Positions 1 through 10,215 of a stretch of DNA of 46,610 bases are shown one piece after another; positions within the stretch are counted from its first letter, which is position 1; each line of letters begins with the position of its first letter. The position numbers and the translations under genes are program-made. The stretch spans positions 1-46,610 of the forward strand of contig DASRGZ010000139.1 of NCBI GenBank assembly GCA_035650735.1, read 5' to 3'. Below the pieces are notes generated by a model, which worked only from the letters and a program-made list of their open reading frames with translations, did not search any database and was not told the origin of the DNA. Source of the stretch: Chthonomonadaceae bacterium. GTDB taxonomy: Bacteria > Armatimonadota > Chthonomonadetes > Chthonomonadales > Chthonomonadaceae.

Positions 1-153
1 GTTGCAGGCAAGTTCTTGCCTTGACTGCACAGAACCGCACTCACCTGCAAGAGGTTAGCCACTCCCTTTTAGCGAGCCCAAAGCGGTCATCAGCCTCAAG
101 GTCTTCTCTCGAAGCAGGCAAAAAAGGGCATACACCCTCTAACCGTCCCTATT

Positions 154-198
154 GCCCTCACCCCCTATCCCCCTCTCCCACGCTGCGGGAGAGGGGGA
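154..198. repeat. REP-like palindrome (CCCTCACCCCC..CCCCTCTCCC..GGGAGAGGGG)
   Basis: Hairpin CCCCTCTCCC/GGGAGAGGGG just downstream of the translin stop; a similar sequence occurs at 19035-19078. Confidence 0.75.
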
Positions 199-203
199 GA
201 AGC

Positions 204-881
204 TTATGGTTGTGCCTCCTCGGCGGCAGTTGGCTGCACGGCGGCGTTGGCGCGCATTAGGGCCGTCTCCAGCCGCTTTTGCGCCAACGTCAGGGTGAGG
301 TCGCCTCGCGTGCGCTCCAGGACGGCGCGCAGGGCGTCCGTGGTGCGCCGCAGCCCGCCGGTAATAGCATCGGGAAAGTCGAAGGTAATGAGCTCGTAAT
401 AGATGTCGTCCATCACCTTGAGCACGGCATCGGCGCGCTTGATCTCGCCTGCGCGGAGCCGATCCAGGACGTAGCGGCGGCTCTCGCTGGCCGCCTCGGC
501 GATGCCGTTCAGATAGGCGGCAGGCTCCACGCCAAGCGCTTCCGGCGCGGGCAGCGGCTCCTCGCCCACGATGGCGATCATCGTCTGTGCCTCCACATAC
601 TCCTTCTGCGAGTCGAGAACGTACCCGGCGAAATAGACCTCCGGATGGCCGGCCAGTATCTTCCTGACCGTCTCCACCCGCGTGCGGGCTTCGTTGACCA
701 GCGTATGCGCCATTTCCATCTCGCCCCGATGCACGGCTCGAATCGTCCGTGAGGCGTATTGGATGATCTCGCGGGAGGCCCGCAGCGCCTCCTCGCGCGC
801 GCTGTTGGTAGCTTCCAGGGCAGCGCGCAGCCCGGTAACGATCTCCTCAAACGACCCCGTATTCCCCTGCTCCGGCGACAT
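204..881 (-). CDS. Translin/TRAX-family protein (archaeal-type)
   Basis: Motifs REEALRASREII, QKEYVEA, YLNGIAEAASESRR and GLRRTTDALR; ATG at 881 preceded by GAGGAG. The ORF-track start at 1025 is probably too long. Confidence 0.85.
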   Translation of the reverse strand: MSPEQGNTGSFEEIVTGLRAALEATNSAREEALRASREIIQYASRTIRAVHRGEMEMAHTLVNEARTRVETVRKILAGHPEVYFAGYVLDSQKEYVEAQTMIAIVGEEPLPAPEALGVEPAAYLNGIAEAASESRRYVLDRLRAGEIKRADAVLKVMDDIYYELITFDFPDAITGGLRRTTDALRAVLERTRGDLTLTLAQKRLETALMRANAAVQPTAAEEAQP

Positions 882-1179
882 AGGCTCTCTCCTCTGATGC
901 GGCTCGGCAAGCGTAAGTGCCAACACTTTCCGGCGCATCCCGTTGCTTCCGGGCATAGTTCCCTCTCCCGGAGCTATTTCCCTGCCGGGTACCGTGCAAA
1001 CGAAAGGAGTCTGAAACGCCTCCAATCCGGGAAGGACAACGGGCTGTCGGAAGGAAATAAGGCATAGCGCATCCCTTTGCCGACAGGGCCGTTCGATGAA
1101 GTCCGCAAGGGGCTATCGCGGATAGGCGGCGGCGCAGCAAAGCCATCTGAGCGCCGGAAATCCGTGTTGGAGGAGTGTA

Positions 1180-4100
1180 TTGACGACGGTTATCGTTTTA
1201 TGGGAAGCGGGGTTTCCCTGCGTGGACTCGGCGGGCTGGACGCAGGAGGCGCTGCGTGCGGCGGCACAGGGGGAGGACGCCTTGCGCTTCGTGAGCGTTG
1301 CGGAGTTGGGCGAGGCGCTGCGCGGTCCGGAGGCGGTGCTGGTCACGCCCTACGGCTCTGCCTTTCCTAAGGACACCTGGCCGGACCTGTATGCTTTTCT
1401 GAATCGCGGCGGCAGTTGGGTCAATCTCGGCGGTGCGCCCCTGTCGCGGCCCGTGCGCCGCAACGGAGACGGCACCTGGCAGGGGGAGGCGCCTCAGACC
1501 GCCTACAGCAAGGCGCTATTCATCAACCAGGCGTTCCCCATAGACCTGGAGGCGTCCGGCATCTGGCTCAACCCGGAAGACAGGGACGAGGGCGATCCGG
1601 AGCCCTGGGAATGGGCCGATGCGCTGGCCCGGCTGACGCCCGCGCCATCCCTCCCCAAAATGAAGCGAGCCTGGTCGCTGCAAGTGCGCTTCACGGACAA
1701 CAAAGATTTCCCACGCGAGGGCGGCAGCAGCGGCACGCGCGACGCCGTGCTTAGGTCGCAATGCTACGCGCTATGTGAAGGTAGGCGGCTGGCCGCGCCC
1801 ATCGTCGTCATAGACCGGCTGCGCGGGCCGTTTGCGGGCGGGCGCTGGGTGCTGGTCAACGCAGAGTTGACGGAGCCGCTCGATCCGACGCTGCTGCGTT
1901 CTCTGGCGCAGCTTGCCGCGCAGGGGCCGGTGGAGCTGGAGGTTCGCCCCTCCTTCGCCTGCTACTATCCCGGCGAGCAGCCTGCCTTAACGGCACGCAT
2001 CAAGGCGCATCGGCTGCGCGGCCAGGCCGCGTTGAGCCTGACCGCCCGCTACGACGGCGAGGAGGCGCCGCTTACCTCCAGCATGGTCACCGTGAACCTG
2101 ACGGACGCCCCGCTTTTTCAGCGCATCGAATGGCACGGCCTGGCGGTCACGCGGCCCGGCCTGGTGCGCGTGGAGGCGCGCCTGAGCCTGGCCGACGGCG
2201 GCGAGGTCGTGGCGGAGGCGGAGACCGGCTTCTGGGGCTACGACGAGGAGCTATTGCGCGCGGCCAGACCGCTGACCCTGAACCGGGACTACTTCGAGCG
2301 CGACGGCGAGCCGTACCCGGTGATGGGCACGACCTACATGGCGGGCGACACGCACCGCAAGTTCCTCTTTGAGCCGAACCCGGCGGTCTGGGACCGGGAC
2401 TTCGCGGCGATGAAGGCGGCGGGGGTGAATATGGTGCGTACCGGACTCTGGACGGCCTGGCGGCGCGTCATGCTCGACCCCGGCGCGGTGGATGAGGGCG
2501 TGCTGCGCGCCTTCACGGCCTTCCTGCTCACGGCCCGCAAGCATGACATTCCGGTGATCTTCACCTTCTTCGCCTTCCTGCCGGAGGAGTGGGGCGGCAG
2601 CAACCCCTACCTCGATCCGCGTGCCGTATCGGCGCAGAAGGAACTGGTGGCGGCCTTCGCGCACCGCTTTGCCCACGTCAACGATCTTATGTGGGACTTC
2701 ATCAACGAGCCTTCCTTCTCCTCGCCCGCGCGCGTCTGGTCCACCCGGCCTAATTACGACGCCTTTGAGCGCGCGGCCTGGGCGCAGTGGCTTCAGGAGC
2801 GCGCCGCCTCCTTCTCGCCGGAAGAGAAGCGCGCCGCCGACCCCACCGATGTGTGGCGCGAGCGCTGGCGGCTGACCCCCAACGACCCGCTCGACCTGCC
2901 CGCCCTGGCCGACTTCCAGGACCAGTATATCTTCCAGGGCACCCACCCCTTGCGCGTCCTGGATTACCGCCTGTTCGCCCAGGATATGTTCAATCGTTGG
3001 GTGCAAATCTTAACCTCCGTTATCCGCAGTAACGGCAATCCGCATCAGCTTATCACGGTCGGGCAGGATGAGGGCGGCACGGGCGAGCGGCCCAATCCCC
3101 ACTTCTACGCCGACGTGGTGGACTTCACGACCAACCACTCCTGGTGGCAAAACGATGACCTGCTCTGGGATTCGGTGATGACCAAGACCCCGAACAAGCC
3201 CAATCTCATCCAGGAGACGGGCATCATGTTCGTGGAGAACGTAGACGGCAGCTATCGCCGCACGCCAGAGGACTGCGCCAACCTGCTTTCCCGTAAACTG
3301 GTGCTGGCTTTTGCCGCCGGGTGCGCGGGCGCCATTCAGTGGCTCTGGAACACCAACATCTACATGGACAGCGATAACGAGGTCGGCATCGGCTTCCTGC
3401 GCGCTGACGGCACGGAGAAGCCGGAGCTTGAGGTCTTCCGCGAACTATCCAGGTTTTTCTGGAACAACCGGCACAGAATGGTCGGGCGGCAGTTGGAGGA
3501 GACGGTTATCGTTATCCCGCACTCCAACATGTTCAGCGTCCGCAACTTTGCCGATACGGCCACGCGCCGCGCCGTCCGCACGCTGGAGTACGACCTGGGC
3601 GTGCCGACGCGCACCGTCAGCGAGTACCGCATCCAGGACATCGGCGATCCGAAGTTCATCCTGCTGCCGTCGCCGCGCGTGCTCACGCAAGCCTGCTGGG
3701 AAGCCCTGCTGGCTAAAGTCGAGGCTGGCGCGACCCTGCTCGTCACCGGCCCTATAGATTGGGATGAGTACTGGCGTCCCGTTCCGCGCCTCAAGGCGTT
3801 CGGTATCGAAGCGCAAACACGCCCTGTAACGCATGATGATCTGTTCCGGGAGGTGTATAATTCCTCGTACCCAGTCCACTTTGCCGGCGATAAGATGCAA
3901 AAGGTGGATAAGGCCGTCCTGGAGGATAGAGACGCGCTTTCGTTTCGTGTCCTTTCGCACGGACAGGGACAAATTTACTACTGCCCGCTGCCGCTAGAGC
4001 TATCGGAGGATTGGCCATCCCTTTTCTACATGCGGGTGGGCGCTTTTCGACGAGACATAAAATTCGGTGAACCGCTCCGGCGGCGCATCGAGTTCGCAGA

Positions 4101-4326
4101 GCATACCCTGTACCTGATTGTCAGCGAGACGGACGCGCCGCGCTCGGAGGCATGGCAGAAGGCCAACGTGCCCTTTGGGCTGCGTCTGCCTCCGGAAGGC
4201 GTTGCGGTGGCCTTTGTGGGTCGCGAGAACAAAGAAGTCGCGGCTGCCTGCGAGGTCCACGCGCCAAACCGCAAGGAAAACAAGCAAAACGCAAAGGAAA
4301 CAAACTCGCCGCCGTCGAAAGAGTAA
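1180..4326 (+). CDS. Clan GH-A glycoside hydrolase (GH42/GH5-like) with flanking GATase-like/trimerisation domains
   Basis: DFAAMKAAGVNMVR, acid/base motif WDFINEP, nucleophile LIQETG; GGAGGAG RBS before a TTG start. Confidence 0.8.
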   Translation: MTTVIVLWEAGFPCVDSAGWTQEALRAAAQGEDALRFVSVAELGEALRGPEAVLVTPYGSAFPKDTWPDLYAFLNRGGSWVNLGGAPLSRPVRRNGDGTWQGEAPQTAYSKALFINQAFPIDLEASGIWLNPEDRDEGDPEPWEWADALARLTPAPSLPKMKRAWSLQVRFTDNKDFPREGGSSGTRDAVLRSQCYALCEGRRLAAPIVVIDRLRGPFAGGRWVLVNAELTEPLDPTLLRSLAQLAAQGPVELEVRPSFACYYPGEQPALTARIKAHRLRGQAALSLTARYDGEEAPLTSSMVTVNLTDAPLFQRIEWHGLAVTRPGLVRVEARLSLADGGEVVAEAETGFWGYDEELLRAARPLTLNRDYFERDGEPYPVMGTTYMAGDTHRKFLFEPNPAVWDRDFAAMKAAGVNMVRTGLWTAWRRVMLDPGAVDEGVLRAFTAFLLTARKHDIPVIFTFFAFLPEEWGGSNPYLDPRAVSAQKELVAAFAHRFAHVNDLMWDFINEPSFSSPARVWSTRPNYDAFERAAWAQWLQERAASFSPEEKRAADPTDVWRERWRLTPNDPLDLPALADFQDQYIFQGTHPLRVLDYRLFAQDMFNRWVQILTSVIRSNGNPHQLITVGQDEGGTGERPNPHFYADVVDFTTNHSWWQNDDLLWDSVMTKTPNKPNLIQETGIMFVENVDGSYRRTPEDCANLLSRKLVLAFAAGCAGAIQWLWNTNIYMDSDNEVGIGFLRADGTEKPELEVFRELSRFFWNNRHRMVGRQLEETVIVIPHSNMFSVRNFADTATRRAVRTLEYDLGVPTRTVSEYRIQDIGDPKFILLPSPRVLTQACWEALLAKVEAGATLLVTGPIDWDEYWRPVPRLKAFGIEAQTRPVTHDDLFREVYNSSYPVHFAGDKMQKVDKAVLEDRDALSFRVLSHGQGQIYYCPLPLELSEDWPSLFYMRVGAFRRDIKFGEPLRRRIEFAEHTLYLIVSETDAPRSEAWQKANVPFGLRLPPEGVAVAFVGRENKEVAAACEVHAPNRKENKQNAKETNSPPSKE

Positions 4327-4554
4327 CCTAACCCCCCGGCCCCCTTCCCTAATTCGCCGCTGCGCGGCAGGGAAGGGGGTGACACAAGCGTGTGCCTCTG
4401 ACGGGGGTTCCTCTTGCCTTCCCGGTGATTAGGAAGGACAAAGCTAACAGAAAAACGTACCGCCTTCCGACCCTCCCTTCCCTCGTAGGGTCGCAAGGCG
4501 GAGGGGCGAACCGTTGTAGCCCCGACCCTTGCAGGGGGGGACGGGGGGTTAGGT
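4326..4554. repeat. Composite palindromic (MITE/BIME-like) element
   Basis: Perfect 13-bp terminal inverted repeats ACCTAACCCCCCG/CGGGGGGTTAGGT; internal modules shared with the copies at 26352, 34148 and 45504. Confidence 0.8.
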
Positions 4555-4564
4555 GGAGATCATC

Positions 4565-6025
4565 ATGGCGCAAATTTTCAATATGCCCCAGCTTGGCTCA
4601 ACGATGGAGGAGGGCACCATCCTTCGGTGGCACAAGCGGGAGGGCGATCCGGTTAAAAAGGGCGAGATCCTGCTGGAGATCGAGACGGACAAGGCCAGCA
4701 TGGAGGTGGAGGCGCCGACGGACGGCGCGCTGCGGAAAATCCTCGCGTCGGAGGGCGCGCTGGTGCCCATCCGGCAGCCCATCGCCATCCTCGGAACGGC
4801 AGACGAGCCGATTGAGCGGCTGCTGGCGGAGGTAGGCGCGGGCAATGGCAGCACGGTGGCGCAGGAGGCCCGGCCTGCCGCTGTGAGTTCCCCGGCTCCG
4901 ACGGCGGAAGCCGCCACACCGCTTGCCGGTGCGGGCGCAGGTACGGCGGCGGACAGCAAGGGCAAAGTGTTCATTTCGCCGCGCGCCAGCCGCATCGCCG
5001 ACGAGCATGGCGTATCCCTCTCCGCTCTGGCCGGGCGCGGCACCGGCCCGGAGGGGCGCATCATCGAGCGGGACGTTCGCGCCTACCTGGAGGCGCAGCA
5101 GGCGCGAGAGACGCCGCCCGCCGCGCCCATGGAGGCGGAGCCGGCCAGGCCCACGCCGCGCGCCACGCCGCTGGCCGCGCGCATGGCCGACGAACTGGGC
5201 ATCAGCCTGGAAGACCTGGCGACCGGGCTTCCCGGCAGCCGCGTGCGCAGCGCGGACGTCCTGCGGCATGTAGAGGCGGTACGTCCCACCGCAGAGCCTG
5301 CTCCCGCCGCTGCCCCTGCCGTACCTTCGACGGAGGGCGTGACCGTACAGCCGTTTGCCGGAATGCGCCGGCGCATCGCCGAGAACGTCGCCAGATCGGC
5401 CTTCACCGCGCCCCACGTCACTCTGACGCTAGAGGTGGACATGACGGAGGCGGCGGAGTTTCGCAGCCGCCTGATTCCGGAGGTCGAGAAGGCCTACGGC
5501 GTGCGCCTCTCCTATACGGACATCCTCATCAAGGCCGTTGCGCGCGCCCTCGGCGAGCATCCCCGACTCAACGCCGCCCTGATCGGCGACGAGATACGCC
5601 TCTACGCCCAAAAGAACATCGGCGTCGCGGTGGCGCTGGAGGACGGCCTGATCGCCCCCGTCGTCCGGGATGCCGATAAGAAATCGCTCGGCACGGTCTC
5701 GGCGGAGCTCAAGCAACTGGTGGATCGCGCCCGATCTGGCAAGTTCACTCCCGACGACCTGGCGGGCGGGACGTTTACCCTCACCAACCTCGGCACCTTC
5801 GGCATTGATGTGTTTGACCCAATCATCGTGCCGCCGCAGGCGGCGATCCTGGGCGTGGGCCGCATCGCCGATAAGCCGGTGGTGATCAACAAGGAGATCG
5901 TCGTCCGAACGATGATGAATCTCTGCCTTTCCTTTGACCATCGCATTCTGGACGGCGCGCCCGCCGCCCGGTTCCTCCAGCGCGTCAAGGAACTGCTGGA
6001 GAACCCGATGCTTATTCTGGTATAG
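4565..6025 (+). CDS. Dihydrolipoamide acyltransferase (E2 of a 2-oxoacid dehydrogenase)
   Basis: Lipoyl motif EIETDKASMEV, two peripheral-subunit-binding-like repeats, catalytic DHRILDG. Confidence 0.95.
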   Translation: MAQIFNMPQLGSTMEEGTILRWHKREGDPVKKGEILLEIETDKASMEVEAPTDGALRKILASEGALVPIRQPIAILGTADEPIERLLAEVGAGNGSTVAQEARPAAVSSPAPTAEAATPLAGAGAGTAADSKGKVFISPRASRIADEHGVSLSALAGRGTGPEGRIIERDVRAYLEAQQARETPPAAPMEAEPARPTPRATPLAARMADELGISLEDLATGLPGSRVRSADVLRHVEAVRPTAEPAPAAAPAVPSTEGVTVQPFAGMRRRIAENVARSAFTAPHVTLTLEVDMTEAAEFRSRLIPEVEKAYGVRLSYTDILIKAVARALGEHPRLNAALIGDEIRLYAQKNIGVAVALEDGLIAPVVRDADKKSLGTVSAELKQLVDRARSGKFTPDDLAGGTFTLTNLGTFGIDVFDPIIVPPQAAILGVGRIADKPVVINKEIVVRTMMNLCLSFDHRILDGAPAARFLQRVKELLENPMLILV

Positions 6026-6115
6026 ATACCTGGCCCTCTTCCCGTTTCAGGAAGGGAGTGACCCGGCTTGGTGCTGCCAAGGCTGTTTGCCAGCTTTTCC
6101 CGAAAAGAGGATGGG

Positions 6116-8836
6116 ATGATAAGACATGCTTTTACCCTGCTGACGCTGGCTGCGCTGGCCGGCGTTGGCGTTGCCAGGGCGCAGCAGGCGCCGCCCTATC
6201 TCCATGCGCCCGCCATCAACGAGTACGCCCGCCACGACCCGACCGGCACGACGATCCTGCCCAACGGGCGCCTGATCCGGCCGGTCGGGCGGCAGGTGCC
6301 GCTGGCGCGCTGGCCGCACGGCATGGTACTGAGTCCGGACGGCGCGACGCTGTTTGTCGCCAGCGAAGGCGTCGGGCAGCTTATCACCCACTGGGACGGC
6401 CCGAACCCGGTCGTGACCGAGCTGGCGCCCTATGAGGGCAGCGAGAAGAAGCGGCGCGTCAACGCGGGCGGCGCGGATTTCTCCCCGGACGGCAAAACGC
6501 TCTACTGGAGCAGCGGCGAAACGGGGGCCATCTACGTCTTCGACGTGGATACGAAGCAGAAGGTCGCGGAGGTCTCGCTGAACACGGACGTAAACGGGCG
6601 CAAGTACGAAGACAGCTTCGCGATGGATGTCAAGCTCAGCCCGGACGGGGCCTATCTCTACTGCGCCGACGTGACCAACTTCCGCGTCGCCGTCGTGGAT
6701 GTGGCGCAGAGGCGGGTCGTGGGCTCGGTGGACGTGGGGCGCTACCCTTACGCGTTGGCCGTCGTCGGGGCGCGCGTCTATGTCGCCAACATCGGCATGT
6801 TCGCCTATAGTCCCGTGCCGCGGCCTGCCAGCAGCCAGTTTGATAAGCGCGGCCTGACGCACCCGGCCTACGGCTTCCCCAGCAAGGAGGCCAAGGAGGG
6901 CGTGGAGTTTGAGGGACGCCGCATACCGGGCCTGGGCGACCCGAACGTGCCGGAGTCGTTTTCGGTCTGGGGGATTGACGTGTCCGACCCGGCCCGCCCG
7001 GCGGTCATCAGCAAGATGAAGACGGGGCTGCTGGTCGGTGCACCCTCGGAGCGAGGCAAGACGGTGGGGGGCAGCGCGCCGAACTTCCTGGCCGTGAACG
7101 GCCAGGCGCTCTACGTCTCCGACGGCAACAATGATATGATCGAGCGCCTTGACCTAGCCACCAATAAGATTGCGAAGACTCGCATCCAGCCTTCGCCGCT
7201 GGTGGCGAAATTGCGCGGCGTCGGGCCGTCGGGCATGGTCGTCTCGAAGGACGGCAGCCGCCTCTACGTGGCCGAATCGGGCCTCAACGCGATAGGCGTG
7301 CTGGACACGAGGACGGGCAAAGTCCTGGGCCACATCCCGACCGCCTGGTATCCCTACCGCGTCGCGCTCTCGAAGGACGGCGGCACGCTCTTCTGCATCT
7401 CCTTCAAGGGCTTCGGGAACGGCCCCAGCGCCGGCAAGAACATCCCCGACAGCCCCTTCCTCGGCATGAAGGGCGTGCTCTCCATCGTGCCGGTGCCCAC
7501 CGACGAGCAGCTAAGCCTCATGACCGCCGACACGCTCGCCAATAACGGCATCATAGACCACAGCGACGACCGCCCGATGCTCTCCTCGCCGATCATCCCG
7601 ACGACGCCGGGCCAGGTCTCCCCGCAGATCAAGTATGTGGTCTTCATCACGAAGGAGAACCACACCTACGACACCATTTTCGACCACGTTCCGGGCGCCA
7701 ACGATGATCCCAGCCTGCTGCGCTGGGGCTACCATCAGAAGATCGAGACCAAAGGCCAGCCGACCCTCGCCGACGTGCCCGTGATGACCAACCACAACGC
7801 CCTGGCGCGCCAGTTCACCGTCAGCGACAACTTCTATATGGAGCCGGAATTCTCCGGCGTGGGGCACCGCTGGCTGGTAGGCATCCAGCCCGATAACTTC
7901 TGCCAGATGACCTATACGCTGGGCTGGGATTTCAAGCTCAACAGCACCGCGCCCGGGCGCCGCGCCTCCTTCGGCTCGAACGGCTCGATGGCTCCGGAGG
8001 ACTACCCGGAGGCCGGGTCTATGTGGGAGCATTTGGCCCGGCATGGCGTCGCGTTCCGCAACTACGGCGAGGGCTTTGAGTTCGCCGGGGTCGGGGAGGA
8101 TGAGGACGAGCATCGCACGGGCGCGCGGGAGGTCGTGAACATCCCGATGCCCAAAGTCCTCTTCGACAACACCTGCTTTGAGTTCCCCATCTTTAACATG
8201 AACATCCCCGACCAGTACCGGGCCTACTGGTTCGAGCAGGATTTCACCAGGCGCTTCCTGAGCGGCAAGGTTCCCATGCCCGGCTTTATCAACATCGCCA
8301 TCTGCAACGACCACGGCGCCGACCCCAATCCGGCCAAGGGCTATCCCTACGTGGCTTCCTGGATGGCCGATAACGACCTGGCGCTCGGTCGCATCGTCGA
8401 GTTCCTTTCGCATACGCCCTACTGGAAGAACATGGCGATCTTCGTCACGCAGGACGATTCGGGCGGCGAGCCCGACCACGTAGACGCCCAGCGCAGCGTG
8501 CTGCTGGTCATCAGCCCATGGGCCAGGCACGGCTACGTCTCGCACCGGCATACTACCATCGTCAGCATGCACCGCACGCTCTACGAGATTTTCGGACTGC
8601 CCCCGCTCAATATGTTCGACGCGCTGGCCAACGACTTCTCGGACTGCTTCACCACGACCCCGGACTTCCGGCCCTACACCCACGTTGCGGTAGACCCGCG
8701 TATTTTCGACCCCGAAAAGGCTAAAGACCCAAAAGACCCGGACTACCAGAGCGCGCGCCGCCTGCCCTCCATCCCGCGCGACGCCCCGGAGGAGATGGAG
8801 AAGATACTGCGCAGTGCGCAAGAAGAGGGAAAGTAA
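6116..8836 (+). CDS. Secreted YVTN/YncE beta-propeller + phosphoesterase (alkaline-phosphatase superfamily) protein
   Basis: Signal peptide (MIRHAF...ARA), SPDG/SKDG propeller repeats, KENHTYD, SDNFY and QDDSGGEPDHVD motifs. Confidence 0.88.
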   Translation: MIRHAFTLLTLAALAGVGVARAQQAPPYLHAPAINEYARHDPTGTTILPNGRLIRPVGRQVPLARWPHGMVLSPDGATLFVASEGVGQLITHWDGPNPVVTELAPYEGSEKKRRVNAGGADFSPDGKTLYWSSGETGAIYVFDVDTKQKVAEVSLNTDVNGRKYEDSFAMDVKLSPDGAYLYCADVTNFRVAVVDVAQRRVVGSVDVGRYPYALAVVGARVYVANIGMFAYSPVPRPASSQFDKRGLTHPAYGFPSKEAKEGVEFEGRRIPGLGDPNVPESFSVWGIDVSDPARPAVISKMKTGLLVGAPSERGKTVGGSAPNFLAVNGQALYVSDGNNDMIERLDLATNKIAKTRIQPSPLVAKLRGVGPSGMVVSKDGSRLYVAESGLNAIGVLDTRTGKVLGHIPTAWYPYRVALSKDGGTLFCISFKGFGNGPSAGKNIPDSPFLGMKGVLSIVPVPTDEQLSLMTADTLANNGIIDHSDDRPMLSSPIIPTTPGQVSPQIKYVVFITKENHTYDTIFDHVPGANDDPSLLRWGYHQKIETKGQPTLADVPVMTNHNALARQFTVSDNFYMEPEFSGVGHRWLVGIQPDNFCQMTYTLGWDFKLNSTAPGRRASFGSNGSMAPEDYPEAGSMWEHLARHGVAFRNYGEGFEFAGVGEDEDEHRTGAREVVNIPMPKVLFDNTCFEFPIFNMNIPDQYRAYWFEQDFTRRFLSGKVPMPGFINIAICNDHGADPNPAKGYPYVASWMADNDLALGRIVEFLSHTPYWKNMAIFVTQDDSGGEPDHVDAQRSVLLVISPWARHGYVSHRHTTIVSMHRTLYEIFGLPPLNMFDALANDFSDCFTTTPDFRPYTHVAVDPRIFDPEKAKDPKDPDYQSARRLPSIPRDAPEEMEKILRSAQEEGK

Positions 8837-8867
8837 GGTAACACCTGATTTGGAAAACCGACCCTCC

Positions 8868-8901
8868 ACGGGGGCCGTCTCAGGACGGCCCCCGTTTTTT
8901 T
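8868..8901 (+). terminator. Intrinsic terminator
   Basis: ACGGGGGCCGTC/GACGGCCCCCGT stem followed by a T-run. Confidence 0.85.
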
Positions 8902-8984
8902 GCGTTGCGCAATAGGGCAGATGCCTCTCCCACTCAATTGCAACTGCGGTCGCCTGATACCAGAAGAGAGGCCTCCTTTCGCGC

Positions 8985-9026
8985 GTTGCCTTGCATTCTG
9001 CCAAAGGTTGCCTTGCATTCTGCCAA
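8985..9026. repeat. 20-bp perfect direct repeat, period 22 bp
   Basis: GTTGCCTTGCATTCTGCCAA at 8985-9004 and 9007-9026. Confidence 0.9.
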
Positions 9027-9034
9027 GATAATGC

Positions 9035-9063
9035 TTGACTTCTGCGAACAGACATCTTAGAAT
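9035..9063 (+). promoter_or_regulatory. sigma70-type promoter of the TrmB regulator
   Basis: TTGACT-17 nt-TAGAAT. Confidence 0.7.
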
Positions 9064-9116
9064 AATTGCGCTGGCTACTATTTTTCTCGTTGTCTTCCCT
9101 GGGGAGGGGAACGCCA

Positions 9117-10079
9117 ATGACACCTGATGAAAGCATAGGGGCGCTTGTTGCGCTGGGCTTCACAGAGTTAGAGGCCGAGGTCTACACCTTTTTGCTCCAG
9201 GAATCCCCGGCGACGGGCTACCGGGTGGCGCAGGCGATAGGCAAACCGGCGGCCAACACGTACAAAGCGATTGAGACGCTCCAGAACAAGGGCGCCGTGA
9301 TCGTGGAGCGGGGTGCCAGCCGCCTGTGCCGCGCGATTCCTGCCGAGGAACTGCTGGGACAGTTGGAGCGCAGCTTCCAGGAGCGCAAGCAGCGGGCCGA
9401 GACGGCGCTGGCCGAGCTGGACCGCGCGCCGGAGGATGAGCGCGTCTACCAGCTGCAATCCTGGGATCAGGTGCTTGGGCGCTGCCGGACGATGCTGAAG
9501 CGGTGTCAGCGCATGGCCCTGCTGGATATTTTCCCGCAGCCGTTGGACGCCTTGCGCGCGGACATCGAAGAGGCGGCGGCGCGCGGCGTGGACGTGATCC
9601 TCAAGGCGTTCACGCCGGTGAAACTCGCCGGTGTGGATGTGACCGTCAACCCAAGGGGCGAGTCGGTAATGCAGTGCTATCCGGGGCAGTGGATCATTTT
9701 GATCACGGATGGTAAGGAGATGCTGCTGGCGTTCCTGACCCCGGATGGCAGGGGGGTGCATCAGGCGGTTTGGAGCGGCAGCGCCTATCTGTCCTGGATA
9801 TTTCACTCCGCATGCTCCGCCGAGCTGATGCTGGGTATCCTGCTGCACGCGATGAAAGAGAAGGCTACGGCAAGCGAAATGCAGGATGCTATCCAGCCGT
9901 TTTTCCGTCTGATGGGCCGCGATATTCCGGGGTATCGGGAACTGCTGCACCGGTTTGGCGCTCCGGACGCCATCACCACGCGGGAGGAAACGGCGGTGCA
10001 TGAGGGTGTAACCGGCAGCCTTAAATCCAGAAAACCTTATCATGACGGCGGCGAAACGGTGGTGCGTAAAATCGTCTGA
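9117..10079 (+). CDS. TrmB family transcriptional regulator
   Basis: LGFTELEAEVYTFLLQESPATGYRVA...NTYKAIETL winged HTH followed by a coiled coil and an effector domain. Confidence 0.9.
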   Translation: MTPDESIGALVALGFTELEAEVYTFLLQESPATGYRVAQAIGKPAANTYKAIETLQNKGAVIVERGASRLCRAIPAEELLGQLERSFQERKQRAETALAELDRAPEDERVYQLQSWDQVLGRCRTMLKRCQRMALLDIFPQPLDALRADIEEAAARGVDVILKAFTPVKLAGVDVTVNPRGESVMQCYPGQWIILITDGKEMLLAFLTPDGRGVHQAVWSGSAYLSWIFHSACSAELMLGILLHAMKEKATASEMQDAIQPFFRLMGRDIPGYRELLHRFGAPDAITTREETAVHEGVTGSLKSRKPYHDGGETVVRKIV

Positions 10080-10116
10080 CCACTCCGAAGGCTAGCCAAC
10101 GCCCCAGCAAGCACGA

Positions 10117-10194
10117 GTCGGCCCTGCCCCTGTCGCGCTGCAAGGCGCACAAAAGGGTGTGCGAGACCTTAACAGGCACAGGGGCAGGGCCGAC
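10117..10194. other. 17-bp perfect inverted repeat between convergent genes
   Basis: GTCGGCCCTGCCCCTGT/ACAGGGGCAGGGCCGAC with an inner CGCAC/GTGCG hairpin; no U-tract. Confidence 0.6.
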
Positions 10195-10215
10195 CCTTCC
10201 ACATAACAGCCGCCC

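Noticed and set aside
1035..1095. Riboswitch upstream of the glycosidase
   Set aside because: Only one imperfect stem (CTGTCGG/CCGACAG); no known aptamer consensus or expression platform
7511..9163. Long antisense ORFs (also 41034-42620, 21764-22672, 36163-37314, 30816-31856)
   Set aside because: Shadow ORFs of high-GC genes on the opposite strand with no recognisable motifs
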